Source of the DNA: an uncultured Chloroflexia bacterium
Lineage (GTDB): Bacteria > Chloroflexota > Anaerolineae > CG2-30-64-16
Assembly (NCBI GenBank): GCA_963783655.1
Contig: CAWAOA010000005.1
Span: 95,331-159,330 of the forward strand
Direction: 5' to 3'
DNA length: 64,000 bases
Both the position numbers and the translations under genes were made by a program. This document shows, one piece after another, positions 52,380 to 63,550 of the stretch. The number at the start of each line of letters is the position of its first letter. The first letter of the stretch is position 1. The notes under the pieces are model-generated. The model made no database searches and was not told the DNA's origin. It saw nothing but the letters and a program-made list of their open reading frames with translations.

Positions 52380-52898
52380 TTAGCGTGGAGCTTGCTCGTC
52401 CACCGAAAGCCCGTACCCTCCTGCCGCTACAATCAGGTGTTCGAGCGCCCCAGTGGAAAACGGGTAACCATCCACAGCAACATGAACGGTGACGCTATCC
52501 GCGGTCACGCTGACGCTCCACCATTCCCAATCCCGATCGCGCATGCGATCCAACCACGACCCAAACATCCATGCCAAGCTGGCCCAGGTGGAGCGGTCAG
52601 AGCGTATTTGCAATATTTCGTCTTTGGAATAGGTGCGAAAGGTGCTCGTAAGCCAATCAGGAACAAAGGCGTTCCATCGCTCGTCGCTGGGCCAATCATC
52701 GCCGCCATACTCTGCAATGGTGAACATTACCGAGCGCAGTCGCTCCACGATCTCGGGCGGGTTCTTACCGAGAAAGTGAATCGTCGCATACATGCCCGGC
52801 GGCCGCTCCCCTGCCTGGTAGTGCAGCAGCCGGTACTGTTCTTCACTTGCAACCATCTGTCCCACCTCCCATCCCAGCCGATGGCTGTGCTTTTCCAC
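52380..52898 (-). CDS. hypothetical protein (172 aa, Trp-rich, acidic)
   Basis: Intact ORF. No recognised domain. Confidence 0.45.
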   Translation of the reverse strand: MEKHSHRLGWEVGQMVASEEQYRLLHYQAGERPPGMYATIHFLGKNPPEIVERLRSVMFTIAEYGGDDWPSDERWNAFVPDWLTSTFRTYSKDEILQIRSDRSTWASLAWMFGSWLDRMRDRDWEWWSVSVTADSVTVHVAVDGYPFSTGALEHLIVAAGGYGLSVDEQAPR

Positions 52899-52955
52899 TG
52901 CCCTGGAAGGAGTATTGTATCGAGCGTTCGCCCGCCATTACGAAGGTGGGTGATC

Positions 52956-53249
52956 TCATTGGTTTGTGGAATTTGCGGGTCCGGCTGTGTTGCTGCTGCC
53001 ACTCAGGTACACCCGAAGTCGATCCAGCAGGGCAGCGGCCTCGTCATGAAGGGTGTGCTCGGAGATCCTTAGAGGCGACGCTTCGTTCTGGGTCGTCCAG
53101 CCTTCCCAGTACGAATCTAGCGCCGCAAAGAGTGTATCTAGAATCCGATACAGCTCGTGATCCATGCCTGGCGGTTCGGCTTTGAATGCCTCAAAGAAGC
53201 GCGACTGGAATTCATTTGCCGAGATACGGTTCCTACACGAAATCCTCAA
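52956..53249 (-). CDS. small hypothetical protein (97 aa), immunity-protein-like
   Basis: Intact small acidic ORF in tandem with others. No confident domain. Confidence 0.35.
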   Translation of the reverse strand: MRISCRNRISANEFQSRFFEAFKAEPPGMDHELYRILDTLFAALDSYWEGWTTQNEASPLRISEHTLHDEAAALLDRLRVYLSGSSNTAGPANSTNQ

Positions 53250-53462
53250 TCAGGTCGTGCTACTCTTGAGGTTTCACTGTCAATCGCCTCCGCCCAAGAT
53301 CCCTGTCGTAATGAGACGCAGTGCTTGCGCATCACTCAACTTCCAACTGGGCATCCGCAACCGGACTTTGCCCGCCTTCGTAAACAGCACGGCAAGAGCC
53401 ACTTTCTCCAGAGCACAGGTGGCATGGGTGGAATCAATCGGTCGAACGCGCTGATTCAAGCG

Positions 53463-53800
53463 TTATCCCGGATAACGACGCGTGTGATCGCTGGGTCCTT
53501 GGTACAGAACGCGGTACTGCCCCGCGAGTTCAACCTGAAGCAGCTTCCAGAGAGCCTCGCCTTCTTCCTCGAAAGCCTTCTCCTCGGCTTCACTGGCGAA
53601 GCCGGAAGAAGCGGGATCGTCCCAGTTCAGAATCGCATCGAAGGCATCAGCCCACTTGATCAATCGATCGCGCGGTCTCATCACTCAGCGGTAGGGTGTG
53701 CGGGTCAATGTTATTTGGCTCATGAGGTGCTTCCCACCACAACGGCCACGTTCGATAGTCTGCCATCAACGTAATAGTGTCCATTTGTCGCTCTCCAACA
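53463..53800 (-). CDS. small hypothetical protein, frameshifted (MDTITLMADYRTWPLWWE... joined to ...LIKWADAFDAILNWDDPASS...)
   Basis: Two adjoining frames with continuous sense. Confidence 0.3.
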
Positions 53801-53828
53801 TCACAGCCTAGGGCCAACTCACTTCCCC

Positions 53829-54383
53829 TCAGTTTTCGTAAACCAGGGCGCCGGCCCCGAGTGGCCCGCCGCCGACCCTAACGGCGCATTGCGGATTGTG
53901 CCCTGCGGGGGCAGTATGGCGAAGGGGGTTGCCGCCGCCATACCCGTACCCGCTGCCGCACGTCCCCCGGCCAGGGGTCGCTGTCAGGAACACGCCGAAC
54001 TCCGATCGCAGGTAGCGCGCCCGCAGGAACAGCGAGCCGAGGTCTCGTCCGCTACTCGCCCGGTGTAGCCAAACGGCTCTCCGCCGTCCCCTTCCAGCGG
54101 CACGCCGTAGGGGTCGAAGCGGCGCGCCGCCAGCACCTGCCCCGTCAGCATCCGTCTCCTGGCGCACGCTGTTCAGGGCATCCCGACCCGACAGGTGGCG
54201 CCAAGTCCCGCCGCCATCCTCGCTGGCCAGCGGGCTGTCCCCGAGACCATAGACGTAGGTCGTCTGGTTGTCCGCCCGCGCCTGCGCCAGCACCGTCACC
54301 AAGGGCGCGGCCATGTCCAGCGTGACGTGACGGCTGGCCTGCGGCCCACGCAATGCCATCACCGGTCGCTGAACCCCGGCCAC
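53829..54383 (-). pseudogene. fragment resembling the C-terminal RHS repeat-associated core region (...LFLRARY(Y)...GYGYGGGNP...); probable remnant
   Basis: ...TTYVYGLGDSPLA..., ...DADGAG...APLRP..., ...GSLFLRARYLRSEFGVFL...GYGYGGGNPL compared with the RHS core consensus ...LYYxRARYYDPxxGRFxxxDP...NxYxYxxxNP; needs frameshifts. Confidence 0.35.
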
Positions 54384-55051
54384 GCCACCCAGGGGCTTCC
54401 GCCCTCAAGCTTGAAGATGGCGAACATGTCCGGCGCCCGATAGCCAACACCATCCAGGATGAGGGTGCGCTCGACCCCCTGCCCTTTGGCCAGCTTATCA
54501 CAGGCGCGACCGCTGCTGTGATTGATGGCAGACACGATAAATTGGGCGGCCGGCCAGACGAACTCCTGCATGCACTCGTACCGTTCGGGCGAGACCGGGC
54601 CGTATACCACGTATTCGGGCGGTCCGCGGCGTTCGACCACCGTCTCCAGGGTCACGGGGATGAGGAAGCTGATCCCCAGCGTCTTCAGCTTGTTGCCGGA
54701 GAAGGTGGCTGTGCCGCATTGTCCGGGCCCCCGGGGGTATTGGCAGCCAAAGCGCAGAATTCGATCAAAGTTTTGAAACGGGTTGATTTCCTGCGTGACG
54801 GTGATGGTGCTGGCGTCGACAAAGGGCAGGGTCTGCAGCGTGCTGATCACCTCTGCTTCGGTCGAGACATCCGGCACCAGCCCGTACCAGCAGGGCGGGG
54901 CGCAGGGTTCATCCGTCAGCAAACTGCGATCCGCCAGCGCCGGATCCATGGGGAAGACCCGCTCCTCGCGCGGGCTGGCAGCCGGCGGTCAGCAGCAGGA
55001 CGAGCAGGGAGAGCACGAGCCACCAGCGGGCGTAGCGAAGGATAGTTGTCA
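54359..55051 (-). CDS. hypothetical lipoprotein; frameshift near 54955
   Basis: Lipobox signal MTTILRYARWWLVLSLLVLLLTAGCQ..., then ...PCAPPCWYGL.... Confidence 0.45.
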
Positions 55052-55361
55052 TGCCTCACCTCTCAGCGGATGGCCGCGATCTCCGCGAGCACAAACGCCT
55101 TCCGCAGCGGGCCGATGTCCCTAATGACCCGGACCTAAGCCGACATAGTAATCCGGGTAGATGGTGGTCGCGAACGCCTCCGCCCAGTCCTCGATCAAGG
55201 GGGCAAAATTGCTGTTGTGGGCGTAGTTCGGGTCCATTCTCATTCACCTCCTCCTGGGTAGCTCATTGAGGGCAGCCTGTGCCATAGACCTGGCCGGGCC
55301 TTGTTTCCCACGCTCCTTCCTTACTGTGCCCGAAATGCGTCTGGTTGCGGCGAGCGGAGCG

Positions 55362-55715
55362 CTACGGTGAGAAGAGCCTCCATAGGGGCGCTACCACGGC
55401 TATAAACCCGAGGAACCAGAAACCGGCACGCGTCACCCGCTCCGGGCCGAAGATCGAATTGCGCGGGGCTTTCCGGGCCACGAGCAGAAACACGATTCCG
55501 GGAACAAACCGGGACAGAAAATCGACAAGTTTCTCATTGGTCATGCTGCCCGCTTTCTGGTTGATCGCGTGTCCCAGCCGTGCGGCTTGACGCCCGGCCC
55601 CACTCCGCTTCGCTCGGGGACTATAGTTGTAGCTGTACCAGAACTCGGCCACCTTCTCCTGGCCACCGGAGCGCCGCTGCATGAGCGCGGTCAGGCGGGC
55701 GGCGGCGTGGTACAC
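55362..55715 (-). CDS. hypothetical protein with a C-terminal 2-TM region; possibly the frameshifted tail of a longer gene starting near 56385
   Basis: ...LVDFLSRFVPGIVFLLVARK...FWFLGFIAVVAPLW. Confidence 0.3.
   Translation of the reverse strand: MYHAAARLTALMQRRSGGQEKVAEFWYSYNYSPRAKRSGAGRQAARLGHAINQKAGSMTNEKLVDFLSRFVPGIVFLLVARKAPRNSIFGPERVTRAGFWFLGFIAVVAPLWRLFSP
55613..55640. repeat. direct repeat CGGGGACTATAGT(T/C)GTAGC(T/C)GTA; second copy at 56594-56620
   Basis: Two copies about 980 bp apart. Read on the minus strand they encode related peptides: YSYNYSPRAKRSGAG versus DYGYDYSPRSGAG. Confidence 0.6.
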
Positions 55716-55871
55716 GGTCGGGCGTGTAGTGATCCCAGCGACTATGTGGCCACGCCGACCAATAGCCAGGTATCCTGTTCCAGGGCCGAGCTGAGCATCG
55801 CGATCACATATTCATAGGCCGCATGGTGCTCGGACGGCGGCGCCGCGGCGGTCTTCTCCGCCACGTACTTC

Positions 55872-56385
55872 TCATTCAGCGGTGAGTATGGGGATCAGAC
55901 GTCGCATATCGGCCTGATCAAGCCAACCCAGGCCGTAGCCCTGCGCCCAGTAGGGCCAGCCAGATTCGGCCCACTGCTCGGCCGTGCGGTGCTCGATTTC
56001 GGGCAACAGCAGCGCCCCGAACGGTCTGCCCAGCCACAACTCCCGGAACAGCCCCTGCCCCAATGCGTACCCGCGCAGCGCATCCAGGGTCGCCACCGCG
56101 CCGGCCATGCCGGGGACCGGCCGGCAGTAGTGGCAGGCCAGGATCATCATCCAAAAATGCAGCCTGCCCAGCTCCGTGTCGTACTCTGTCTCTTCATGGC
56201 CCAGCTCATCTGCATAGTGGCCGAAGTAGCCCACTCGCTCCCACACCGCCGGTTGGCTGTGCCCGATCGCCTGCGCCACCTGCCGCAAGGCGCTGAGATC
56301 GTGTCGCTGCAGGGGTGCCAGCAGCGGTTCCAGTTGGGAGCGAAAGCCGACGAGATCGAAGTAAAAGGCGATGCGAGCGGGCATA
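55872..56385 (-). CDS. hypothetical protein (about 170 aa; MPARIAFYFDLVGFRSQLEPLL...)
   Basis: The ORF-track ORF runs to 56597. The first Met after the repeat-encoded region was taken as the start. Confidence 0.35.
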
Positions 56386-56674
56386 GTGCACCTCACCTTC
56401 TCCTGATTATCGCCCGAGCGTGCGCTAGCTGGGCGAGCAGCGGCGCCAGCCTGGCTCTTCCAACCGCACGGGCCGCTGATGGTCGTCCCATCCGGGCTGC
56501 GGGCCTGCAGGCCGGTGGCCAGTGCGGGCTGCAGATCCACAACGTAGGTGGTAGTGACGCCGCCCGTCGCCTGCCAGCAGCGCAGCCCCTCCCGCACCGC
56601 TACGGGGACTATAGTCGTAGCCGTAGTCCGTGGTCAGCGGGCTCGACACCACCCGACTCCGCCGGTTCCCGTTG

Positions 56675-57125
56675 TCAAGCGATAGCTTTCTCACTCCGAC
56701 AAAGGGAGATGTGGGTCACCGCTTGATGATCCCGATCCAGCGCCGCTTCATCGAGTTCCCTCATCTTGTCTCGGATCAATTCGGTAAGGCGGCGAACTTC
56801 CGCTGAGCCTTGCGCGGGCAGACGGCTGTACTTGCCGAGCTCCCTGATTTGGATCGTCAACATGCACCAGTTCCGCTTCATCTACGAACTCGAGCCAGCG
56901 ATGATCGGGAACACCGACCTGAATCAGTCGGCTCCGATCCTTCCAGAGTACCCACGCTTGGCGTTCCATCTCGACCAGATACCAGTTCACCACAGCTTCT
57001 ACAGAATCAGAACTAGCAAGGCTCATGGCCTCGGTCCTTCTCTCAGGACTGCCAAAGCGCTCGGTGACGCTTATTTCGTCAGTGTTTGGCCGGCTACCGG
57101 ATACCAGGGTATCTCTGGCCACCAC
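56675..57125 (-). CDS. small hypothetical protein, frameshifted (MSLASSDSVEAVVNWYLVEMERQAWVLWKD...)
   Basis: Two adjoining frames. Confidence 0.3.
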
Positions 57126-57210
57126 TCACTGACGGGAATGAAAGCGATTGCATCGGTGTCAAACGTGCGCCGCCGGCTCTCTTTCGCACGCCGTTGTTGC
57201 ATGGAATCGG

Positions 57211-58299
57211 TCATGGCAGGGGTACCCCCAACTGCTGCAAGAGTGCCTCGAACTGTTGTACGTTCTGCGGGTTCATCTCCGGTAGGTCCCGCAGCCTGGG
57301 CAGCCAGTCCTGTGCGAATTCGGAGACACGTCGAACATACTTCGGCTGCGTCATCCGCTGAATATCCCCCATCGCGCTGGAGTATCTTCTCCAGCGTCTG
57401 GTGCGGGTACTTCGTCTGAAGTTCACCCAGCTTCGTGTTCACTTCGTGGAGCCAGCTTGAATCATCTCCACCCCCGGAGCGCCTGTCCCTAGACTGATTG
57501 GGGTCCAAGGGCGGCATGCCCGGGAATTGCAGACCACCGCCGCTCAGCTTATGCAGATGCTCGGCCAATGGACGTGCAGGATCTCTGGCGGCCAGGGAGA
57601 GAGGCGCCGCACCTCTCCGGCACGCCAGCCTACAGCCGGTCATCTAGCGACTCTGCCGTCCCGAAAAGCCTGGCGATGCTTTGGGTTGCCCAACTCCATC
57701 TCGAACACTTCCCATTGCCCAGCCTGGTTAAGGACGGCCATGTTCCGGGGGCCTGAGACATCATTGGGGAATTGCCACAGGATGTGGGAGCCATCCGGGT
57801 TGGAGAACCCTTCGCCATCCGCCTGCAGGATCCCGCCCAACGTCCCCCACAGCTCCCCCTGGATTGCCTGTATCGGCTCCCAGTTGTCCGTGTGAAGCGC
57901 GCCCGAAATCTCAAAGGCGTAGATCACCTTCACGGTCGGCAAGTACCCGGCGAGCCATGCCGCGGCTGAGCGCGGGTATGCTTCGTCCAGCTCGTCGAGT
58001 AACTCCTGGAGTTCCTCTTCCGCTAGCGACTGTGGGGCGACGCGATGGCGTTCCACGATCGCCAATTCTCGCCGGTGCTTGTCTAGGATGGTGATTTGCT
58101 CCCACGCTTCCGTTGCGGCTTTTTCCCGCCTGATGTTCGCCCTCAGTCTGTCCAGCAGGGTGACTTGCTCCTGCCCCATCGTTGCGGGTTCATCCACCCT
58201 GATGCTAGCCGGCAGCCTGTCAGCCCGCAGTCGACCTTCCAGGGCCGACGCAGGAACGTGCGATTCGTTCGGCGTCAGAAGTCTGGTGCAGTAGCTCAT
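57211..58299 (-). CDS. hypothetical protein(s); one roughly 330-aa gene with 2 frameshifts, or two or three small genes
   Basis: ORFs 57640-58299, 57071-57643 and 57211-57426 are contiguous with sense carried across frames. Confidence 0.3.
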
Positions 58300-58319
58300 C
58301 TTCCTGCTCGCTCCGTTGC

Positions 58320-58847
58320 TTAGCCGTGCAAATTTCGATCAGGCAGCGAGGCGTCAGCCGCTCGTGCTCTCCACTTGATTTCCCGGATCAGTTCGTCCCG
58401 CTCCTGGATTTGTGGACCGATGAGAAAACTGGGCATGAGCGTGCGGGAGTACAACCACCCGTAGACCCGGTGGAGCGGCGTGAGTCCCCGCGTACGGACC
58501 AGCACAAAGCCCCAGGGTACCCGACCTGCCCCCACATCCACGACGTCGCCCCACGGCACCTTCGCCCGAGCAAAGAGAAAGCTCTGCACTGCCAGATGGT
58601 CATCGGCCACCCACACGGTCGGATAACTGTTCATCAGTGCTGCACCTACCTGCCCGCCTCCAAACAGGATCCCGAGCGACAGGCAGCCCAGTGTTGCCAT
58701 TGACGCATCGGCCGGAGCGTCGCTGCCCATCGCGTATACGGGCAGCCCAATCGCAACTGCGCAGGAACCCAGCAGCGCCAGAGCGCCAACGACCTGGTTG
58801 ACGCGGGCGGCCACCCAGGCTCCCCCCGCATAGGTGTATTCCTTCAT
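58320..58847 (-). CDS. membrane protein with 2-4 TM helices and a bacterial-PH-like (YdbT/bPH_2-like) C-terminal domain
   Basis: Hydrophobic N-terminus, then ...VWVADDHLAVQSFLFARAKVPWGDVVDV...GFVLVRTRG.... Confidence 0.4.
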   Translation of the reverse strand: MKEYTYAGGAWVAARVNQVVGALALLGSCAVAIGLPVYAMGSDAPADASMATLGCLSLGILFGGGQVGAALMNSYPTVWVADDHLAVQSFLFARAKVPWGDVVDVGAGRVPWGFVLVRTRGLTPLHRVYGWLYSRTLMPSFLIGPQIQERDELIREIKWRARAADASLPDRNLHG

Positions 58848-59205
58848 CTGGACCCCCAGACAGGATTCATCCAGAAGTCGTGCGCGACAACTCGTTGGAG
58901 ATCGTCAAGTACTCTGACAGGCGAGGTCATGAACGGCAGGGGATGGCCACCTTGCGCGGCATCTCGGTAGACCTCGACCACAGCTACAGCGGCTCCCTTC
59001 TGGCGGCGCACTGCCCTACCCACGCACGGCTTGCGGCGACGACCAGAACCGCCTGCCAGTATACCCGGCGTGACGCCGCTTTGCTTTAGTACTTCGGCCC
59101 TAACTGGCTGGAGCGCAGCGCCGGTGCGCCCATTCTCTTGTTTCTCTCACTCAATCGTCTATAATGCCGCTTCGACCTGCCCGTACCGGAATCAGGATTA
59201 TCGCA

Positions 59206-60131
59206 TGCAACCATGGCAGCACTACCTGCAACCGCAGAGCGTGGCCGAGGCGCTGGAGTACCTGCGGTCGGCGCCGCAGCCGGCGCGAGTCATCGCCGGC
59301 GGCACGGATTTGCTGATCGACATCCAGCAGGGCCGGCAGAGCCCCGTCCAGACCCTCGTCGATATATCGGCCATCCCCGAGATGTGCGAGATCGCCGAGC
59401 GTGATGGGAGCCTGTACGTCGGGGCCGCCGCCACACACTACAGCATCATCAGCAGCGAGCCGGTGTGGCGCCACGCGGCGTGCCTGGCCGAGGGGTGCGA
59501 GCTGATCGGCGGCCCGCAGGTGCGCAACGTGGCCACCATCGGCGGTAATGTGGCGCACGGCCTGCCCGCCGGCGACGGCACGATCGGGCTCCTGGCGCTC
59601 GACGCCGAAGCGCTGGTCGCCCGGCCGGACGGCCGCAACTGGCTGCCAATGCGTGACCTGTTCCTGTCGCCGGGCCATACGATCTTCGACGACGAGGCGG
59701 CGCTGCTCGTGGCTTTCCGGCTGCCGCTGATGAAGCCGGGCGAGGGGTCCGCCTTTCACCGGATCATGCGGCCGCAAGGGATCGCCATCGCCATCCTGAA
59801 CATGGCCGTCTGGGTGCGCGCGGGGGCGTCCGGAGAGATCGAGGACGTTCGCCTGGCGGTTGGCCCTGCCGGGTTGACCCCGTTCCGCGCTCACCGGACC
59901 GAGGGGGCGCTGCGCGGGCGGCGGCCGGACGCGGACGTTCTCGCTGCGGCGGCGTCTGAGCTGGCGTCTGAGGCACAGGTGCGCACCAGCCCGCATCGCG
60001 CCAGCAAGGAGTACCGCCATCACCTGCTGCCGGTGGTGTTAGGGCGGGTGATGGAGTTGGCGTTGAGCAGGGCGGCGGTCGTCACGCGATCACGGAAGCG
60101 TGACGCTACAGGGGAGAGGCGTGGGGAATAG
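59206..60131 (+). CDS. coxM: xanthine dehydrogenase/CO dehydrogenase family FAD-binding subunit
   Basis: ...ARVIAGGTDLLIDIQQG...NVATIGGNVAHGLPAGD... (FAD_binding_5 plus CO_deh_flav_C). Confidence 0.8.
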
Positions 60132-60589
60132 GTGATGCCGGAAATCAAGCTGTGGGTCAACGGAGAAGCCAGGCAGACCGAGGTCACGGGCGGCGAGATG
60201 CTGTCGGACGTGCTGCGCAACCGGCTGGGACTGACCGGCACCAAGGTCGCGTGCGGCGAGGCGGAGTGCGGCTCGTGCACGGTACTGCTCGACGGCTCGC
60301 CCGTTATGTCTTGTACGCTGCCCGCCATGAAGGCAGCGGGCAGGCAGGTCGTCACGGTAGAAGGGCTGGCGAACGGGCAGTTGCACCCGCTGCAGGAGGC
60401 TTTCATCGCGCACGGCGCCGTGCAGTGCGGCTTCTGTATCCCCGGCCAGTTGATGATGGGGGCGGCGCTGCTGGCAGCGAGCCTGACCCGACCGAGGAAC
60501 AGATCCGCTACGCCTTCAAGGACACGCTCTGCCGCTGCGGCACCTACCCGGCGATCGTACGGGCGGTGCAGGACGCGGGGCGCAAGCTG
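60132..60589 (+). CDS. coxS: (2Fe-2S)-binding small subunit; frameshift near 60480; no stop codon separates it from the large-subunit domain in the recovered frame
   Basis: ...CGEAECGSCTVLLDG...VQCGFCIPGQLM...CRCGTY.... Confidence 0.75.
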
Positions 60590-62946
60590 CGAACCGGCGA
60601 ACAGATCCGGGCGCCCGAGCTCGAGCCGGGAGCGCCGGCCAACCTGCGCATCGTCGGTCACGTGGTCGCCCGGCCGGACGCCTTCCTCAAGGTGACCGGC
60701 GCCGCGAAGTTCACCGACGACTACACCTTCCCGGAGATGCTCCACGCCCGCGCGCTGCGGGCCATGGTCCCACACGCCATCGTGACCCGCCTGGACGTGA
60801 CCCGCGCCCAACGCCTGCCGGGCGTCCACGCCGTCCTGACCGCGGCGGACGTGCCGGGACGGAAGAACCACGGCCTGGTGACCTTCGATTGGCCGGTGCT
60901 CGTGGGCGTGGGCGAGAAGGTCCGCACGGTGGGCGATGCGGTGGCGATCGTCGCGGCCGACACCCGCGAGATCGCGACGGAAGCGCTCGCCCTGATCGAA
61001 GTGGCGTACGAGCAGCTACCGGTTGTGAGCGATCCCCGCGCCGGCGCTGGAGCCCGACGCGCTCAAGATTCACGAGTCGGGCAATCTGCTCAAGCACATC
61101 TACCTGAGCAAGGGGGACATCGGCGAGGGGTTTGCGCAGGCGGACACCATCTTTGAGGAGACGTACTTCACGCCGGCCCACGATCACGTCTTCATGGAGC
61201 CCGAATGCTCGATCGCCCGGCCGGTCGAAGACGGCAGGCTGGAGATCTACGTCGGCTCGCAGATCGCCTACTCCGACAGGAGCCAGGTGGCGGCGTCGCT
61301 GGACATGCCCCAGGCGGACGTGCGCATCGTCGGGACGCTGGTGGGCGGCGGCTTCGGGGGCAAGGAGGACATCGCCGGGCAGATCCATGCAGCCATGCTG
61401 GCGCGCGCCACCGGGCGGCCGGTCAAGCTGCTGTTCGATCGCCAGGAGAGCCTGATCGTCCACCCGAAGCGGCACGCCACCGAGATCCGCGTGCGGCTGG
61501 GGTGCAAGCAGGACGGCACGCTCGTGGCCGCGCAGACCGAGCTGATCGGCGACACCGGCGCCTACGCCTCGCTGGGCGAGAAGGTGATGACGCGCGCCAC
61601 CACGCACTCCACCGGCCCCTACGTCATCCCGAACGTCAAGTCCGACTGCTTCGCCACCTACACCAACAACCCGCCCGCCGGCGCCTTCCGCGGGTTTGGC
61701 GTGCTCCAGTCCGCCTTCGCCATCGAGTCGGCGATGGACGAGCTGGCCGAGCAGCTGGGCATGGACCCGATCGAGATCCGCCGGCTCAACGCCCTGCGCA
61801 CCGGCACAAAGACGAATACCGGCCAGCTTCTGACGGAGAGCGTGGGGCTGCCCGAGTGTATCGAGAGGATGGAAGCGGAGCTGCGCCGCGTATGCCCCGG
61901 CGACCCGTTCGCTCCCAGCCCGGTCGAAGGCTACCCGAACCGCCGCCGGGCCTGGGGCGTGGCGCTGGGCTACAAGAACACCGGGACTGGGCGGGGGCGC
62001 TCCCGACAAGGCCGCAGCCGAGATCGAGCTGTATCCGGACGGCGCCGTCGAGGTGCGCACGTCGTCGGCCGAGATCGGCCAGGGGCTGGTCACGGTGCTG
62101 CAGATGGTCGCCGCCGAGGAGCTGGGCCTGCCGCAGCACCGGGTACGCGTCCTGCTCTCCGACACCGACCGCACGCCCGACGGCGGCCCGACCACGGCGT
62201 CGCGCCAGACCTACGTGTCGGGCAACGCCGTGCGCAAGGTCGCCCAGTTGCTGCGTGCGTCGATCAACTCCACCCTCGCCGAGGCGTTCGACTGCCCGCC
62301 CGACGAGATCGAGTACATCGAGGGGCTGGCGCAGGTACGCGAGCGCAAGGTGTCGCTGGGAGAGGTGGTCCCGCTGATGCTGGCGGAAGGGCGCAGCCCG
62401 GTGGTGGGGTACGAGTACTGGGCGCCGGCCACGCAGCCGATCGTCGGCGGAACCGACATCCATTTCGCCTTCTCCTTTGCGGCGCAGGCCGCCGAGGTCG
62501 AGGTGGATACCGACACCGGAGAGGTGCGCGTGCTGCGCATGATCGTGGCCGACGACGTGGGCAAGGCGATCAACCCGCTGGGGCTGCGCGGCCAGATCGA
62601 GGGCGGCGTGATCATGGGGGTCGGCCAGGCGCTGACGGAAGAGTTCATCGTGAAGGACGGGGTGGTCGTCACCGACCGGCTCGGCCGCTACCGGATGCCG
62701 GGCATCACCCATACGCCCGAGATCATCCCGATCGTCGTGGAGCACCCGACCGCCGAGGGGCCGTACGGCGCCAAGGGGGTGGGCGAGATCAGCATCATCC
62801 CGACGCCGGTGTCGATCACGAACGCCGTCTACAACGCCTGCGGCGTCCGCATCCGGCGGCTGCCGATCGACCAGGATTGGCTGGCGCTGGAGCTGCGCCG
62901 GCGCAGGACCGGGGATCCAGGCGATGGCCGGCATGGGATCGGGTGA
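60590..62946 (+). CDS. coxL: molybdopterin-binding large subunit of a xanthine dehydrogenase/aldehyde oxidoreductase family enzyme; at least 3 frameshifts
   Basis: ...LKVTGAAKFTDDYTFPEMLHARALRAMVPHA..., ...GGGFGGKED..., ...RTPDGGPTTASRQTY..., ...GPYGAKGVGEI.... Confidence 0.8.
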
Positions 62947-63014
62947 TGATGAGAGTTGAGATCTGGTCGGATATCGTGTGCCCCTGGTGTTACATCGGCC
63001 GGGATCGGGGCTGA
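62946..63014 (+). pseudogene. 22-codon remnant of a DsbA/FrnE-like thioredoxin-fold gene (MMRVEIWSDIVCPWCYIGRDRG*)
   Basis: Contains the N-terminal CPWCY(I)G active-site motif of DsbA-family proteins and stops after 22 aa. Confidence 0.4.
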
Positions 63015-63034
63015 GCGGAGGAGAGGCATCTGCG

Positions 63035-63463
63035 ATGATCGTGCGGGATGGTTTGCCGGGGGACGCGGCGGTGATCGCGGCGCTGGTGCGGGAGCTGGCG
63101 GAGACGGGCGGGGAGAGCTCGCCGGTGACGGCGGAGTACGCGGCGGCGTATCTCGCCGCGCCGGGAAGCCACGTGCTGCTGGCAGAGGAGGATGGGCGCA
63201 CGGTCGGGTTACTGAGCTACGGCGTGCGGCCCAATCTGTATCACGGGGGCAACGTGGCGCTGATCGAGGAGCTGGTCGTGACGGCGGGCAGCCCGCGGCC
63301 TGGGGGCCGGCAGCGCGCTGCTGGAGCGGTGATGGAGCGGGCTGCGCAGGCGGGGTGCGCCGAGGTGTCCGTGTCGACGACGGCGGGTAACGAGGGGGCG
63401 ATCCGCTTCTACCGGGCGCACGGGATGGTGGACGAGGCGGTGCTGTTGGAGAGGCATTTGTGA
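63035..63463 (+). CDS. GNAT-family N-acetyltransferase; one frameshift near 63290
   Basis: ...VGLLSYGVRPNLYHGGNVALIEELVV...AIRFYRAHGM.... Confidence 0.6.
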   Translation: MIVRDGLPGDAAVIAALVRELAETGGESSPVTAEYAAAYLAAPGSHVLLAEEDGRTVGLLSYGVRPNLYHGGNVALIEELVVTAGSPRPGGRQRAAGAVMERAAQAGCAEVSVSTTAGNEGAIRFYRAHGMVDEAVLLERHL

Positions 63464-63550
63464 GGGTGAGAGAGGGGAGCGGGCGGCCGTCAACGAATTG
63501 CGGGAACGAAGGGGGGGGGTAAACGAATGGCGGCCGGAGCGGCGCGCGCC

